DNA of 64,000 bases from Lachnospiraceae bacterium UBA2864 (GCA_002350525.1 DEFA01000013.1:9995-73994), one strand, 5' to 3'; shown: positions 10,118 through 21,700, counted from the first letter of the stretch. The notes: generated from the sequence alone by a model not told the origin. Numbers and translations are program-made.

Positions 10118-11743
10118 ATGAAGAAGGTACATTTTTTATCAATAGCGTTCAGAGTTATGCTTCTGCTGGCAGTAACTTTTTCAATTACAGGATGTAAAAA
10201 AGGTTCGGATGTCTTGAACGAACAAATAGAGGAGATGGCTGGACCTCGAAAGACTGAAGCTACAGCGGAACCTGCTGCAGAACATCAAAATGAAGAGGCT
10301 TTAGACAATTCGGAAGCGGTCGAAGATGAGGATATGATCAAAGCGGAAGAGACAGATGTTAATCTGTCTGAAAAGGCTGTTGAAAATCCTATTTTTGTGA
10401 AAGGTTTCAGCCCGGCTGGTCAGAACTGCACAATATATGATTTTTATTATCTCGACCTCGATACGGAACAGATGAAGAAATTTTTTAGTTTTGAATGTAA
10501 AGATGTACATTTTCATGAGGATATAGAAAACCGTATAAAGGTCAGGGATTTTACAGGAAACCTGAAAACTTATGATGCGATTATTCGTTCGGATATGCTC
10601 TTTAATGAGGATATGACAGCTGTAGCTGTAAAATGGCAGGAACCGGATCTGTCATCTCATGTGGGTTGGTGTGATGCTGACGGAAATGTTACCGATGTTA
10701 CAGCTATGATATATAATCAGAATTCTGATTTTGATAAGCTTCCTCAAAATCAATATCCTCTTTTTGGCCCGGATAATTCTCTGTGGTTTTATGATTATAA
10801 TATGGAATCGTACAGAAAATATAATATTGGCACCGGGAAAGTTGAAGATCCTGCGGAACCGATAAGCATAGCATACACAGATTTTTTAGAGGTCGTATAT
10901 GGTGAAGATACTATCAGATACAATAACATGGGTTCTGGTAGTCTGCACTATTCAAGGAACAGTATACAAAAATACAATTATGTTAATGAGCATGACCAAT
11001 ATACTGATCTGATTCCAAATACTGACTGGAGCATACAGAATGTTGCATATTCCGGAGGAAAGATAGTTTTTGATGCAGTAAGAGGCAATGAGTATAAGGT
11101 GTTTCTTATAGAGAATATGAATGGAGTCAGTGAGCCAAGAGCTATATATTCTGAACAGGCTTCAGGAACAGGAGCCAATCCATTGCTTCTTTTCTGGAGG
11201 GATCCGGAATTGAGGAGTAAAGGGGTGGCATGGACACAGAAGGCAGATGAACCTGAACAGGTTATTGAGGATGATCAGTTAAAGGGAAAAGAAGCGTTCT
11301 TTAATTGTGGCAAAATCTATGTTGATAGTGACAAATTGCTGCACATAGATGAAAAATTCTTTGGGATGACATACGACGAACTTGGACAGGAACTGAATAT
11401 GTCTATTCCTGAACCTACGGATTTTCCGGATTGGAATATGGAGCTGCAAAGCTGTGATATCAATATAGGTGGAGAAAACATTCGATTGATATTCCAGGAT
11501 TATAAACTTGTAGTGGTGGATTATGAATATCGAGGCCGATTTGATGAGGAACAGTGGAAAAACTTATGCGATAAGACAGAAATAAATGGTTATAGGGATA
11601 CATTTGATGAGACTAAAGACAGGGGATATCTGGATCCGGGAAGCGGTATCAGTTATTACTATATAAACTATGATTATGAGCGATATGGTCGAGGAGATAT
11701 CATGGTTGAAAAATATTACTGGACAAAAATGAATTGGGATTGA
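10118..11743 (+). CDS. hypothetical lipoprotein
   Basis: Signal peptide with lipobox LLLAVTFSITGC, acidic linker, then about 450 aa with no family I recognise. GAAGGAAG RBS upstream of ATG 10118. Confidence 0.65.
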   Translation: MKKVHFLSIAFRVMLLLAVTFSITGCKKGSDVLNEQIEEMAGPRKTEATAEPAAEHQNEEALDNSEAVEDEDMIKAEETDVNLSEKAVENPIFVKGFSPAGQNCTIYDFYYLDLDTEQMKKFFSFECKDVHFHEDIENRIKVRDFTGNLKTYDAIIRSDMLFNEDMTAVAVKWQEPDLSSHVGWCDADGNVTDVTAMIYNQNSDFDKLPQNQYPLFGPDNSLWFYDYNMESYRKYNIGTGKVEDPAEPISIAYTDFLEVVYGEDTIRYNNMGSGSLHYSRNSIQKYNYVNEHDQYTDLIPNTDWSIQNVAYSGGKIVFDAVRGNEYKVFLIENMNGVSEPRAIYSEQASGTGANPLLLFWRDPELRSKGVAWTQKADEPEQVIEDDQLKGKEAFFNCGKIYVDSDKLLHIDEKFFGMTYDELGQELNMSIPEPTDFPDWNMELQSCDINIGGENIRLIFQDYKLVVVDYEYRGRFDEEQWKNLCDKTEINGYRDTFDETKDRGYLDPGSGISYYYINYDYERYGRGDIMVEKYYWTKMNWD

Positions 11744-11776
11744 TCGTTTGCTGATGAATCGAATATGGAGGCCGAG

Positions 11777-12592
11777 ATGAAAAGAAAATATATAGGAGCA
11801 GCAGTATTATCAGTTTTCCTCTGCCTATTACTTGCCGGATGTGGTGAAAACAAAACGGAGAAAGGAATAGATGCATGTGTTGAAGCATTTTATAAAACTT
11901 TCGATGGTTCTGTAATCTCATATGATGCAAAGGTTTATGAGCAGGGAAAACTGAATCATACAGCGCAAGGGGAAGGAAAGATTGATCTGGATAATGGCAT
12001 ATGTGAGTTTACTGTCATTACAGATGATGGAGATGAGGGACGTTATTCATACGAAGATAAAAAAGTAAATAATAATGAAATGAGAGAATTTGATAAGTTT
12101 CTCTATAATATGAATCATGGTGAATATAAAGTTGTAGGTCTTCAGAATTCAATTATATGTTCACTGGTATCAGAGCCTCAGTTAAATATTGATGAGTATA
12201 TATTCGATTCGGAAGAACGCCGGGAACAGAGGGAGTCGATACTTGCCCAATATAGACAAGTACTTTTTACGGATGCTGAGATATATAACATTTTTAATTG
12301 CGATACCATAGAAGCAGGGAATGGAACAACGTACGTATTTACACTAAATCAGGATAATTACCCAAAGATAATGGCAAAGCTTAAGGTTGAAACCCTAATG
12401 AAAAATGGTTCTGATGAGGAATTGATAAGCAAGTATGAATCTGAGATTGCGGAAAATATTAGTAGTGATAGAGATAAGCTGTATCAACAGATAACAATAG
12501 ATAAAGAAGGACGTATTACGGAAATAATTTTGGGTGATATTGCAGGCGGACGTAAGCTGGAACTTTATCTTCAGTCTGAAGAATCTCATTAA
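11777..12592 (+). CDS. hypothetical lipoprotein
   Basis: Lipobox FLCLLLAGCGENK. GGAGG lies 6 nt upstream of ATG 11777. Confidence 0.65.
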   Translation: MKRKYIGAAVLSVFLCLLLAGCGENKTEKGIDACVEAFYKTFDGSVISYDAKVYEQGKLNHTAQGEGKIDLDNGICEFTVITDDGDEGRYSYEDKKVNNNEMREFDKFLYNMNHGEYKVVGLQNSIICSLVSEPQLNIDEYIFDSEERREQRESILAQYRQVLFTDAEIYNIFNCDTIEAGNGTTYVFTLNQDNYPKIMAKLKVETLMKNGSDEELISKYESEIAENISSDRDKLYQQITIDKEGRITEIILGDIAGGRKLELYLQSEESH

Positions 12593-12602
12593 TCCTATAT
12601 GT

Positions 12603-12632
12603 AAAAATGCACCGGTTTCGGTGCATTTTTTC
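12603..12632 (+). terminator. rho-independent terminator
   Basis: aaaaatgcaccg / cggtgcattttt stem with gttt loop, followed by a T-run, 10 nt after the stop codon. Confidence 0.85.
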
Positions 12633-12789
12633 GTTATAATCCCATATTCAGGAGCTTTAAGTGAAAATACTATTGACAAGAACACACTTGATATGTTATA
12701 TCTGTATTACAACAAGTAATACAAACGATACAAATGATACAAAGTGATTGCGGGGCAGTCTCTATTTAGATATAATACGAGGTGTTGTT

Positions 12790-13719
12790 ATGGAAAAGAT
12801 GAATAAGAAAAAGGTAATTATATTTACAGTACTTACGCTGGTATTATCAAATGCTTTTGCTGTAGCAGCAGCTATGATAGCCAAAGGAATCAGTGATCCA
12901 CTAAAGAGTACTTCATTTTTCAGGACCAGTCTTTCTGTGATGATGTTCATTCCACTCATTATGGCTATTGTTGTAAAGGCTGATTTCAGAGGAATGGGTA
13001 TTAAACCTAGACTCAAGGGAAATGCAAAATGGATAGTTTTCAGTCTTCTGGTTCCGATGCTTCTTACAGTACTTGCGGCAGCACTGTTCTTTATCATCTT
13101 CCCTGATCTTTTCGATATAAACGGTTCTTATTTCAGGGAATACAACAGGCAGATGGGAATGGATGTAGTTGCCATACTGGAGTCAAAGGGTATGTCTTAC
13201 AAGGGTTATGTTCTGATAAATGTTATTGGATGCCTGACCTATATCCCATTCTTTAATATGTTTATAGCTGTCGGTGAAGAGGTTGGCTGGAGAGGTTTCC
13301 TCTATCCTGAACTGAGAAAAGGATTTGGAAGAGTTAAGACCTGGATAATAGGTGGAATAATCTGGGGAGCTTTCCACTTCGGAGCAATGCTGGCAGGTGG
13401 ATATGAGTACGGATTTGATTATATCGGTGCACCGGTTCTGGGACTGGTAACATTCTGCATCAGCTGCATAGCTTTAGGAATACTTCACGAAGTAATATAT
13501 GACAGAACAAAGAGTATATGGTTCCCGGCATTGTTTCATGGAAGCGTTAACGCAGCTATGACAACAACTATGTGCTGCATCAGTGCAGGTAATCCGGAAA
13601 AGCTTGCTAAGTATCAGGTTTTAGGTCCGTATGCCAACGGACTTATCTCTGGAATTCCGGTACTCATTGCAGCGATAATACTCGGTGCTTATGCACTTAA
13701 GAAAGATAGAGAAAGGTAA
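12790..13719 (+). CDS. CPBP family intramembrane glutamic endopeptidase (CAAX protease/Abi-like)
   Basis: Polytopic protein with motif 1 EEVGWRGFLYPEL, FHF and HGSVN motifs. Confidence 0.8.
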   Translation: MEKMNKKKVIIFTVLTLVLSNAFAVAAAMIAKGISDPLKSTSFFRTSLSVMMFIPLIMAIVVKADFRGMGIKPRLKGNAKWIVFSLLVPMLLTVLAAALFFIIFPDLFDINGSYFREYNRQMGMDVVAILESKGMSYKGYVLINVIGCLTYIPFFNMFIAVGEEVGWRGFLYPELRKGFGRVKTWIIGGIIWGAFHFGAMLAGGYEYGFDYIGAPVLGLVTFCISCIALGILHEVIYDRTKSIWFPALFHGSVNAAMTTTMCCISAGNPEKLAKYQVLGPYANGLISGIPVLIAAIILGAYALKKDRER

Positions 13720-13724
13720 AGATT

Positions 13725-14084
13725 ATGATCATAAAGATAGATGACTATTCTGATGTACCTATCTATATGCAGATACGAAATCAGATAGTAATGGGGATAT
13801 CTTCAGGGGAACTGAAGCCCGGGGAGCAGCTGCCTACAGTCAGGGCGCTGGCGCTTGAAATGGGAATAAATACAATGACCGTAAGTAAGGTCTATCAGCT
13901 TCTTAAATCCGAGGGATATATTCTGACAGACCGTAAGAACGGTGCCCGAGTCAGAGATAATATCAGTAAATCGGGCGTGCTGAGTGAAGAGAATAAGACG
14001 GAACTCCGACGTATTGTGTCGGAGGCCCGTCTTTCAGGCGTATCTAAAAAAGAGCTTCAGAAGCTTATTGATGAGTATTATTAA
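13725..14084 (+). CDS. GntR family (YtrA-subfamily-like) transcriptional regulator
   Basis: LPTVRALALEMGINTMTVSKVYQLLKSEGYI winged-helix signature. Short 119-aa form typical of YtrA-like regulators. Confidence 0.85.
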   Translation: MIIKIDDYSDVPIYMQIRNQIVMGISSGELKPGEQLPTVRALALEMGINTMTVSKVYQLLKSEGYILTDRKNGARVRDNISKSGVLSEENKTELRRIVSEARLSGVSKKELQKLIDEYY

Positions 14085-14141
14085 ATGTGGCATTTGATCT
14101 GTAAGATCGGCTGTCACATTTTCGAATAGAATGGAGTAATT

Positions 14142-15548
14142 ATGAATAATCATATGTTTGATTTAATAATGCTTGCGGTAATGGTTCCGACGGCACTCAT
14201 ATTATTCTTTTATGAGTATCCGAAGAAATGGAAGGAAAGAAAACTGATCTACGGTGTCAGGAACCGCGAGGAATATAAAAACCTCGGTACGGCAGAAAAG
14301 GTAGATGAGATTACGGGCAACTGCCGCAGACAGGCGGGAATCATTCTTATAATATCATTTATCATTATGGGAATTCTGTGTCTGATTCCCGATTTTACGG
14401 TCAGAATGGTTGCCTGGACTCTGTTTGTCATGGTCGATATAGTTATCCTTGTTATTCCTTTTTCAAAGGGCAACATTGAGATGAAGAATCTTAAGAAGGA
14501 GATAGGAATCAACACACAGGGTATATCCTATGCGGAGTTCACCAACGCGGGATCGGTACATGCACTTAAGTTATCATCACTTATTATTCCGAATATTGTC
14601 GGCACTGTTATCTGGATTGCAGCGCTTCTTTTTGACCTGAGTTTATACAAGATCTTCGGCAGAGCGACAGACGGAAATTTTGCCGTATCGGGAATGATGG
14701 CATCGTTTCTGATTATCGGATATGCTTTTATCCCTGTCGGTATAATGTTCGACAGATTCAGAAATGAAGTTATCTCGGATGACAGCGATATCAATGCCAA
14801 CTTTAACAGAGCAAAGAAGAAGAACTGGGCTGATACCAATACCTTCTTGGTGTGGATCAATACGGCTTTTATCGCATTTACCTTTGGTGCAATGATTTTC
14901 TTTGATAGTGAGAAGACATATCTTAGTACGATAATAATATATATGGTTCTCCTTTTACTGGGCATCGGCCTTTTTGTAAAGAGAAATCTTGCAATAGAGA
15001 AACGATACAGAAAGGAAACATCCATTGAAATAGATGATGATGACTACTGGATATTAGGTTCGATATATTATAATCCGAATGATAAGAGACTAAATGTAGA
15101 GAAACGTGCCGGTGTCGGAGGTACCATCAATTTTGCTCATCCGATAGGAAAGGTAATCGGTGTGTTCACTGTGCTGGCAGTCCTGATCTCATTTGTAGTC
15201 ATTATATGGGCCGCGGTTCTCAGTAAGACTCCGATATCTCTTAAATATGAGGACGGAAAGATAATCTGCCATCAGATGAGCGATGATTATGTGATTCCGC
15301 ATGAATCGGTTGAAGAGATAATCATGCTCAGTGGAACAAGAGATCTGAAAATGGCCAGAGTAAGCGGCTACAGCATGGATCCGGTATATAAAGGTAACTT
15401 TACAGTAGAAGGAAAGAGAGGATGCAAGGTCTTCCTTAATTGTGATGTGGATATCTATATCCGACTAACCTCGAACGGAAAGACCTATTATATTAACGGT
15501 GGAACCGCCGAAGAGACAGAAAATGTTTATCAGAACTTTATCAAATGA
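14142..15548 (+). CDS. hypothetical polytopic membrane protein
   Basis: 468 aa with about 8 predicted TM helices and a soluble C-terminal roughly 100-aa domain. Immediately downstream of the GntR gene. No family recognised. Confidence 0.55.
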   Translation: MNNHMFDLIMLAVMVPTALILFFYEYPKKWKERKLIYGVRNREEYKNLGTAEKVDEITGNCRRQAGIILIISFIIMGILCLIPDFTVRMVAWTLFVMVDIVILVIPFSKGNIEMKNLKKEIGINTQGISYAEFTNAGSVHALKLSSLIIPNIVGTVIWIAALLFDLSLYKIFGRATDGNFAVSGMMASFLIIGYAFIPVGIMFDRFRNEVISDDSDINANFNRAKKKNWADTNTFLVWINTAFIAFTFGAMIFFDSEKTYLSTIIIYMVLLLLGIGLFVKRNLAIEKRYRKETSIEIDDDDYWILGSIYYNPNDKRLNVEKRAGVGGTINFAHPIGKVIGVFTVLAVLISFVVIIWAAVLSKTPISLKYEDGKIICHQMSDDYVIPHESVEEIIMLSGTRDLKMARVSGYSMDPVYKGNFTVEGKRGCKVFLNCDVDIYIRLTSNGKTYYINGGTAEETENVYQNFIK

Positions 15549-15604
15549 TGCGGGTGTCAAAAGTATTTTTTGACACCATAGCATAAGAAAAGAAGTATAA
15601 AGAG

Positions 15605-15642
15605 AAAGCAGCTCACATTGAGATAATATGAGCTGCTTTTTG
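15605..15642. terminator. hairpin terminator between convergent genes
   Basis: aaagcagctca (15605-15615) pairs with tgagctgcttt (15629-15639), followed by ttttg. T-rich on the opposite side too. Confidence 0.7.
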
Positions 15643-15678
15643 ATTGAATGATTTAATAATAGTCAATATTATGAATAA

Positions 15679-17523
15679 TTAAATGCGATGCGTCCGATGT
15701 TCTTTTTTAGCTTCATACATCTTCTCGTCGGCCTGTTGTATCAGATCCAGGAGTGTATCGCTATTCTGGGGTATTGTGGTTATAAAACCCAGACTTGCCG
15801 ACAGTTTATACGGTTTATCGGCTTTTTTGTTGATATTCTCAAGTCTGCTCATAAGGCGCTTCTTGAATTTCTCGGCAAAGTCGTCTCCGGTTCCGAGAAC
15901 GACGAATTCATCTCCGCCGAATCGTCCGCAGACATTTACGGTTCCGCAGGCTGAACTGATCGCATCGGCCATGTTTTTAATGGCGATATCACCTTCCTGA
16001 TGACCGAAGTTATCGTTGATACTCTTAAGCTTATCCATATCCACAAAGCAGACGGTTACGGGACTTGATTCCGATACGCATTGCTTTAACAGATATTCCG
16101 CATTTTGATTGAATCCGTTTCGGTTATATATTCGACACAGAGGATCCAGAACATTCAGCTTTGAGATGTTGTCAATAGCATTTCCAAGGCTGAGTGTCAT
16201 GGTATGACACAGCAGGCTGTTGATCGGAAAATCGTTATTCGTAATTATATAGTAGCCGAGGCATCTCTGGTTGAAATGCAGTGGTATGTAATAGCTTATA
16301 TTTCCACCGGTAGTAAGCGGCTCCGGGCGCAGACGGTTACTGTGGAAACGCTTCAGCGAGTGTCGTTCGCCATCCTTCCATATGAAAGGAGCTGTCATGA
16401 TAGGAGGATATTCATCCTGGTCTTCAAGATTGGTCACGTTATAGGCATCCTCCCAGTTGTTTACGAGACACAGATTAAAGTCGTTGCAGTCGATCGCGCG
16501 AAGCACCTGTTCCATGACACCGATACAGTCATCGATTCTCTGTGCACCCGCAAGACCCGCTATAAGACGGTTAAGCATATGTATGTTGGTATATATCTGC
16601 TCGTAGCGGATATATATGTTTTTCTTAAAATCATCCAGACTTTCGGAGTGTTCATTCGTACAGCCACAGCTTTCCGAGAAGACAGGTTCGGCAGTCAGTT
16701 CGGTTCTCATGGGCTGCTCTTCCTTATTCATAAGACCGAGAAGAATCTCACAGGCCTTAGTTCCTGAATAGTAAAGCGGACGGTTAATCGTTGTGAGAGC
16801 CGGACATGAATTTATGGAATTAAATGTACAGTCAAATCCGGTTATCATGACGTCTTCAGGAATGCTATAGCCCATATGCTGAAGCTTATTCATTGCGGTA
16901 AGAGCCATTCCGTCATTTGCACATACGAAAGCGTCGGGAAGACTCATTCCGGAGGCTTTAAAGGCTTCTATTGCCCTGATTCCGTCGTAGCTCCTGAAAG
17001 CACCGTAGAAGAGACGGTTCTCTTCATCAAATTCTATATTATTTTCCGACAGAGCATCTCTGAAAGCTCTGTATCTTTCCATAGCTTCGGGATTATTCGG
17101 AGAACCGGATACATAATTAAAGACTTTAGCACCGTGAACCTTTATGAGATGTTCCACAAGACTCTTCATGGCAGTGTAATTGTTTGTGCTGATATCATGA
17201 AGAGTTTCTTCACTGCTGCGTTCAAATATAACTGTCGGGGCACCGGATTTTTTGACACGGCTGATGATCATCTCGCGGACATCGGGATCCGAAAATGTAT
17301 TGGCCAAAAGCAGAATGCCATCAAATTTTGAAAGATCGGGGAGTTTATAGATACTGTATTCGCCGATATCAAAGTCTTTGCTGTCGGAGACTCCGCCAAA
17401 TGCAGTAAAATAAGACACATTAAGGTCATGGCTTCTTGCGAAGTCATTTATACCAAGAATGATTCGGTAAGGATATTCTTCATCAATGCCGGAAACGATA
17501 ACGGCAATATTCCGTATCTTCAT
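15679..17523 (-). CDS. diguanylate cyclase with N-terminal periplasmic-binding-protein (LacI-type sugar-binding)-like sensor domain
   Basis: C-terminal intact GGDEF (CGRFGGDEFVVLG). N-terminal roughly 270 aa resemble a Peripla_BP fold (IAVIVSGIDEEY.., VCANDGMAL). Confidence 0.85.
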   Translation of the reverse strand: MKIRNIAVIVSGIDEEYPYRIILGINDFARSHDLNVSYFTAFGGVSDSKDFDIGEYSIYKLPDLSKFDGILLLANTFSDPDVREMIISRVKKSGAPTVIFERSSEETLHDISTNNYTAMKSLVEHLIKVHGAKVFNYVSGSPNNPEAMERYRAFRDALSENNIEFDEENRLFYGAFRSYDGIRAIEAFKASGMSLPDAFVCANDGMALTAMNKLQHMGYSIPEDVMITGFDCTFNSINSCPALTTINRPLYYSGTKACEILLGLMNKEEQPMRTELTAEPVFSESCGCTNEHSESLDDFKKNIYIRYEQIYTNIHMLNRLIAGLAGAQRIDDCIGVMEQVLRAIDCNDFNLCLVNNWEDAYNVTNLEDQDEYPPIMTAPFIWKDGERHSLKRFHSNRLRPEPLTTGGNISYYIPLHFNQRCLGYYIITNNDFPINSLLCHTMTLSLGNAIDNISKLNVLDPLCRIYNRNGFNQNAEYLLKQCVSESSPVTVCFVDMDKLKSINDNFGHQEGDIAIKNMADAISSACGTVNVCGRFGGDEFVVLGTGDDFAEKFKKRLMSRLENINKKADKPYKLSASLGFITTIPQNSDTLLDLIQQADEKMYEAKKEHRTHRI

Positions 17524-17675
17524 AGTTATTTACCCATATATTCCCCAATCCCATTGCATACATTACCATTTCCTATGATAACATGACAGACTATGTATCA
17601 TCAAGCGGCATGATATAAAAAAAAGTGGCGAATTATATACGAAATGATAAAATTATATAAGGAGGGCAAATGCGT

Positions 17676-18617
17676 ATGGGATATATAGATTTACATCTTC
17701 ATCTTGATGGGGCCGTTACCCCTGATATTGCAAGGCAGCTCGCAGTCCTTCAGGGGATAAAACTTCCTGAAGAGGATGAAGACCTGCGAAAGCTTCTTAT
17801 GGTACCGGCAAGCTGTGAAAGTCTGAATGATTTTTTGAAATGCTTCGAACTTCCGCTTTCACTTCTTCAGACCAGGGAGGGACTCACCGAGGCTGTACGT
17901 CTTGTCAGTGATAAACTTATATCTGACGGAGTAGAGTATGCAGAGTTAAGATTCGCGCCACAGCTGCATAAGGATAAGGGTATGTCGCAGGAAGATGCGG
18001 TAATCGCCGCACTGACCGGACTTGAGAAAACAGGCCTCCATGCAAATCTGATACTGTGCTGCATGCGTGGAAATGGAAATGAAACGGAAAACTATGAAAC
18101 TCTGGAGCTGGCTCATAAGTATCTGACGGATGATGGCGGAGTCGTTGCTATAGATCTCGCGGGAGCGGAGGCGCTCTTTCCGACTTCCGATTACAGAGAG
18201 CTTTTTAAGAAAGCTGCTGATTATAATATTCCTTTCACGATACATGCGGGTGAAGCGGACGGACCCGAGAGCATAAGACTTGCAGTGGAATACGGTGCAA
18301 GAAGAATAGGCCACGGAGTGCGTGCCTTTGAAGATATGGAAGTAGTTGAACTTCTGCGTGATAAGGGGGTTACGCTTGAACTCTGTCCTACAAGTAATCG
18401 CATGACAAGGGCGGTTATGAATATGGCCGATTATCCTCTTAGAAGGTTCATGGAAGCGGGAGTAAAAGTTACTCTTAATACCGATGATCCGGGAATAGAA
18501 GGGATTACCTTGGCAGACGAATACCGCCTTATGGAGGAGATTCTGGGACTTACGAAAGAGGAAGAGGAAATCCTGCTCGAAAATGCGCGAAATGCGGCTT
18601 TCTGCTCAAAAAAGTGA
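17676..18617 (+). CDS. add: adenosine deaminase
   Basis: IDLHLHLDGA metal motif, FTIHAGE, TLNTDDP. AAGGAGGG RBS is better spaced to ATG 17676 than to ATG 17670. Confidence 0.9.
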   Translation: MGYIDLHLHLDGAVTPDIARQLAVLQGIKLPEEDEDLRKLLMVPASCESLNDFLKCFELPLSLLQTREGLTEAVRLVSDKLISDGVEYAELRFAPQLHKDKGMSQEDAVIAALTGLEKTGLHANLILCCMRGNGNETENYETLELAHKYLTDDGGVVAIDLAGAEALFPTSDYRELFKKAADYNIPFTIHAGEADGPESIRLAVEYGARRIGHGVRAFEDMEVVELLRDKGVTLELCPTSNRMTRAVMNMADYPLRRFMEAGVKVTLNTDDPGIEGITLADEYRLMEEILGLTKEEEEILLENARNAAFCSKK

Positions 18618-18741
18618 AAGAATACACAGAAAACTGATTGTGACAAGTCGGTTAACATATGTTATACTTAATGTGTATGGGGTTAACGATATACTGGTTT
18701 TTCAGCTATATTGAGCGAAGCGTGTTTTAGGGGTAGTGTTT

Positions 18742-21700
18742 ATGGAAAATTCGCGTGATCGTCTGGTTAATTCATTTTCGGATAACATGCGCGGAGGCGC
18801 TGTTATATATCGTGCTTCCGAGAACTGTGAGCTGTTGTATGCGAATACAGACATGGTTCGTCTTTTCGAGTGTGATGATTATGATGATTTTATGGAGTAT
18901 ACAGGCGGAAACTTTAAGGGTGTCGTTAACGAGACGCAGTATTCGCATGTTCAGAATGAGATAGATATACGTCTCAGCGAAACTGACAGTAACTTTGGAT
19001 ACAACTTTTTTAATATAAGAACCAAAAAGGGAAATGTCCGGCATGTTGTGAATCATTGGACTTTAGTTAATGATGAGCAGGAGGGCCGGATATTTTATTG
19101 CAATGTATATCTGAGACATCTTCATGCAACCGTATCGGAAACAGACCTGATAACAGGTCTTAACGGAAGGACTCTTTTCAATAAGTATGTTGTCGGAATA
19201 AATAATAAGGATTATGCGACAGATAAGGATTCATATGCAATTGTTTATATCAACATAGTACATTTCAAGCTGCTGAATATTAACAGAGGTGTTAATGAAG
19301 GAGACAGATGTCTTAAGGTGTTGGCTGATATTTTGAACCAAACTTATGAAGATGCTTATATCAGCAGGATATCTGATGATCATTTTGCGGTATTTGCGAA
19401 GTTCGACGGAATTAAGGTAAAGACTGATAAGGCAAATGTAATCTTCCGTGATACCTATGGCAGTCGTTATAACGTAAATTGTAAGTTCGGTATATATAAG
19501 TTTAAGCTGGCAAAAAATCTTAATATCGAGACAGCTATGTCTCTTGCAAAGGTTGCGTGCGATTATATAAAACATGATCCGAAGAAGGATGTAGTAGTAT
19601 ATAGCGAAAAATTTGCTCAGGAAGTAAATGCAACCGAATATGTTATCAGGAAGATAGATGAGGCTATAGAGAAGGACTGGATCAAGATATATTATCAGCC
19701 GGTTATACGTTCTCTGACGGGACAGCTCTGTGGCATGGAATCCCTCGTCAGATGGGAGGATCCGAATATCGGATTTCTTATGCCGGACAGATTTATAACA
19801 GTCCTCGAGAAGGAACAGTGCATCCATAAACTGGACAGTTATGTTGTGGATAAGGTTTGTCAGTGTCTGCATGACAGAGTGCAGAATAATGAACCGATAG
19901 TGCCGGTTTCCGTTAACTTTTCGCGGCTTGACTTTATCATGTGCGACATGCTGGAAGTAGTGGAAGCGGCAGTTGAGAAGTATGATGTTCCGAGAGATTA
20001 CATTCATATCGAGATCACGGAGAGCATGATCGCGAAGGATGAGGAACTCATGCGTGATGTTATCCATAATTTCAGAGAGGCCGGATATGAGATCTGGATG
20101 GATGATTTCGGAAGCGGATATTCATCACTTACCCTGCTTAAGGATTATAAGTTTGATATGTTGAAGCTGGATATGAGATTTCTCAACCCGTTTACGGAGA
20201 AGTCTAAGAATATAGTCCGTGCCACGGTTCAGATGGCAAAGGATATCGGAATCAAGACACTTGCGGAAGGAGTGGAGACTCAGGAACATCTGGATTTTCT
20301 GAAAGATATAGGCTGTGAAAGGATTCAGGGATATTATTACGGAAAGCCTGAACCTATAGAGGATATGTTTCGTCATCTTGAAGAGAAAAACGTATCTATA
20401 GAGAGACGTAAATGGAGACATTTCTATGAAGTGGCATCATTTAATGTAAGAGCCACGGATGTGCCGCTTGAAGTTATAGAGGATGACGGAGAGAACTTCA
20501 AGACACTCTTCATGAACAGGCCGTATATGGAGCAGATATTCGGTGAAGTGAAGCCGGACCTTGAAGAAGTTGACAGGCTCATATATAAGACAAACTCGCC
20601 GCTGCTAAGGAAATATCGAGAATTTGCGAATGTTGTAGAGAAGTCGGGCAAAACGGAAACTTTCTATTATACCGAGAATGGCAATATACTTCAGCTTACG
20701 GCGAAGGAAATATCGAAAAGCTATGGCCATCATATATTAAAATGTTCATTGGTTAATATTACTCTCGACAAATTATCTGATGAAACAGAACGTATGAATG
20801 CAAAGCTTAAAGAGATTAATCAGCTTTTTGACGGAGTTCATGTGTTTGATCTGAAGAATAACAGAATAGTTCCGCTTGTGGGCGGCGGATATAAGTATAT
20901 CGATAAGACGAAGCTTGAAACGGATAACCTGGATGAGGTACTTGATCTGTTTATCAGAGAATCGGTATTTCCTCTGGATATGGACTGGTGCAGAGTATTC
21001 CTTGATACATCTACACTTAAGGAGAGAATAGAGAGCAGTGAGAAGGGTTATATAACCACAATATTCAGAATTAAGGATTCAACCGGTAATTATATATGGA
21101 AAGAAAATTACATAATGATGATTCCCGGAACCAACGGGCAGGAATATCTCATTTGCATTAAGCCTTATGAATTCGTGATATCGAGCTTTAAGGAAAATGC
21201 AATGTGTAACGATCCTGTATATGCGAATCTCTGGGATAATTTTATCTGGTATTCAAAGATCAAGGCCTTCTGGAAAGATAAGAACCGAAGATTTATAGGA
21301 GCCAGTCGTGCCTTCTTGGATTATTACGGTATTAAATCTATGAATGAGATTGTCGGAAAGAATGATGAGGATATGCACTGGCATCTGGATAATGAGCCTT
21401 ATAAAAATGATGAGCTCGATGTGTTAAACAAGGGCATTAAGGTTGAAAATGCAATAGGGCAGTGTATAGTCAAGGGCGTTGTTCATACCATCATATGCAA
21501 TAAGATGCCGTATTATGAAAATGGTGAGATAGCAGGTCTGGTAGGTTATTTTGAAGACGTAGATGAGATGTTGAATAGTGTCGGAAAAAAGATAGAATTT
21601 GCTAAGATAGATACGGTTACGGGATTAATGAATGCTCGTACAATTGTAGATTCCATGATCGATTATGCTATACAGTATAATAACAAAGGACATAATTACG

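Noticed and set aside
15553-15577. Perfect 10-bp hairpin ggtgtcaaaa/ttttgacacc just after the 14142-15548 gene
   Set aside because: No U-tract follows on either strand, and the better terminator is the hairpin at 15605-15642. It may stabilise the mRNA, but I do not call it a terminator.
19231-20067. 278-aa minus-strand ORF inside the GGDEF/EAL gene
   Set aside because: It is antisense to clear EAL-domain motifs. The translation has no recognisable domain and a skewed composition. Shadow ORF.
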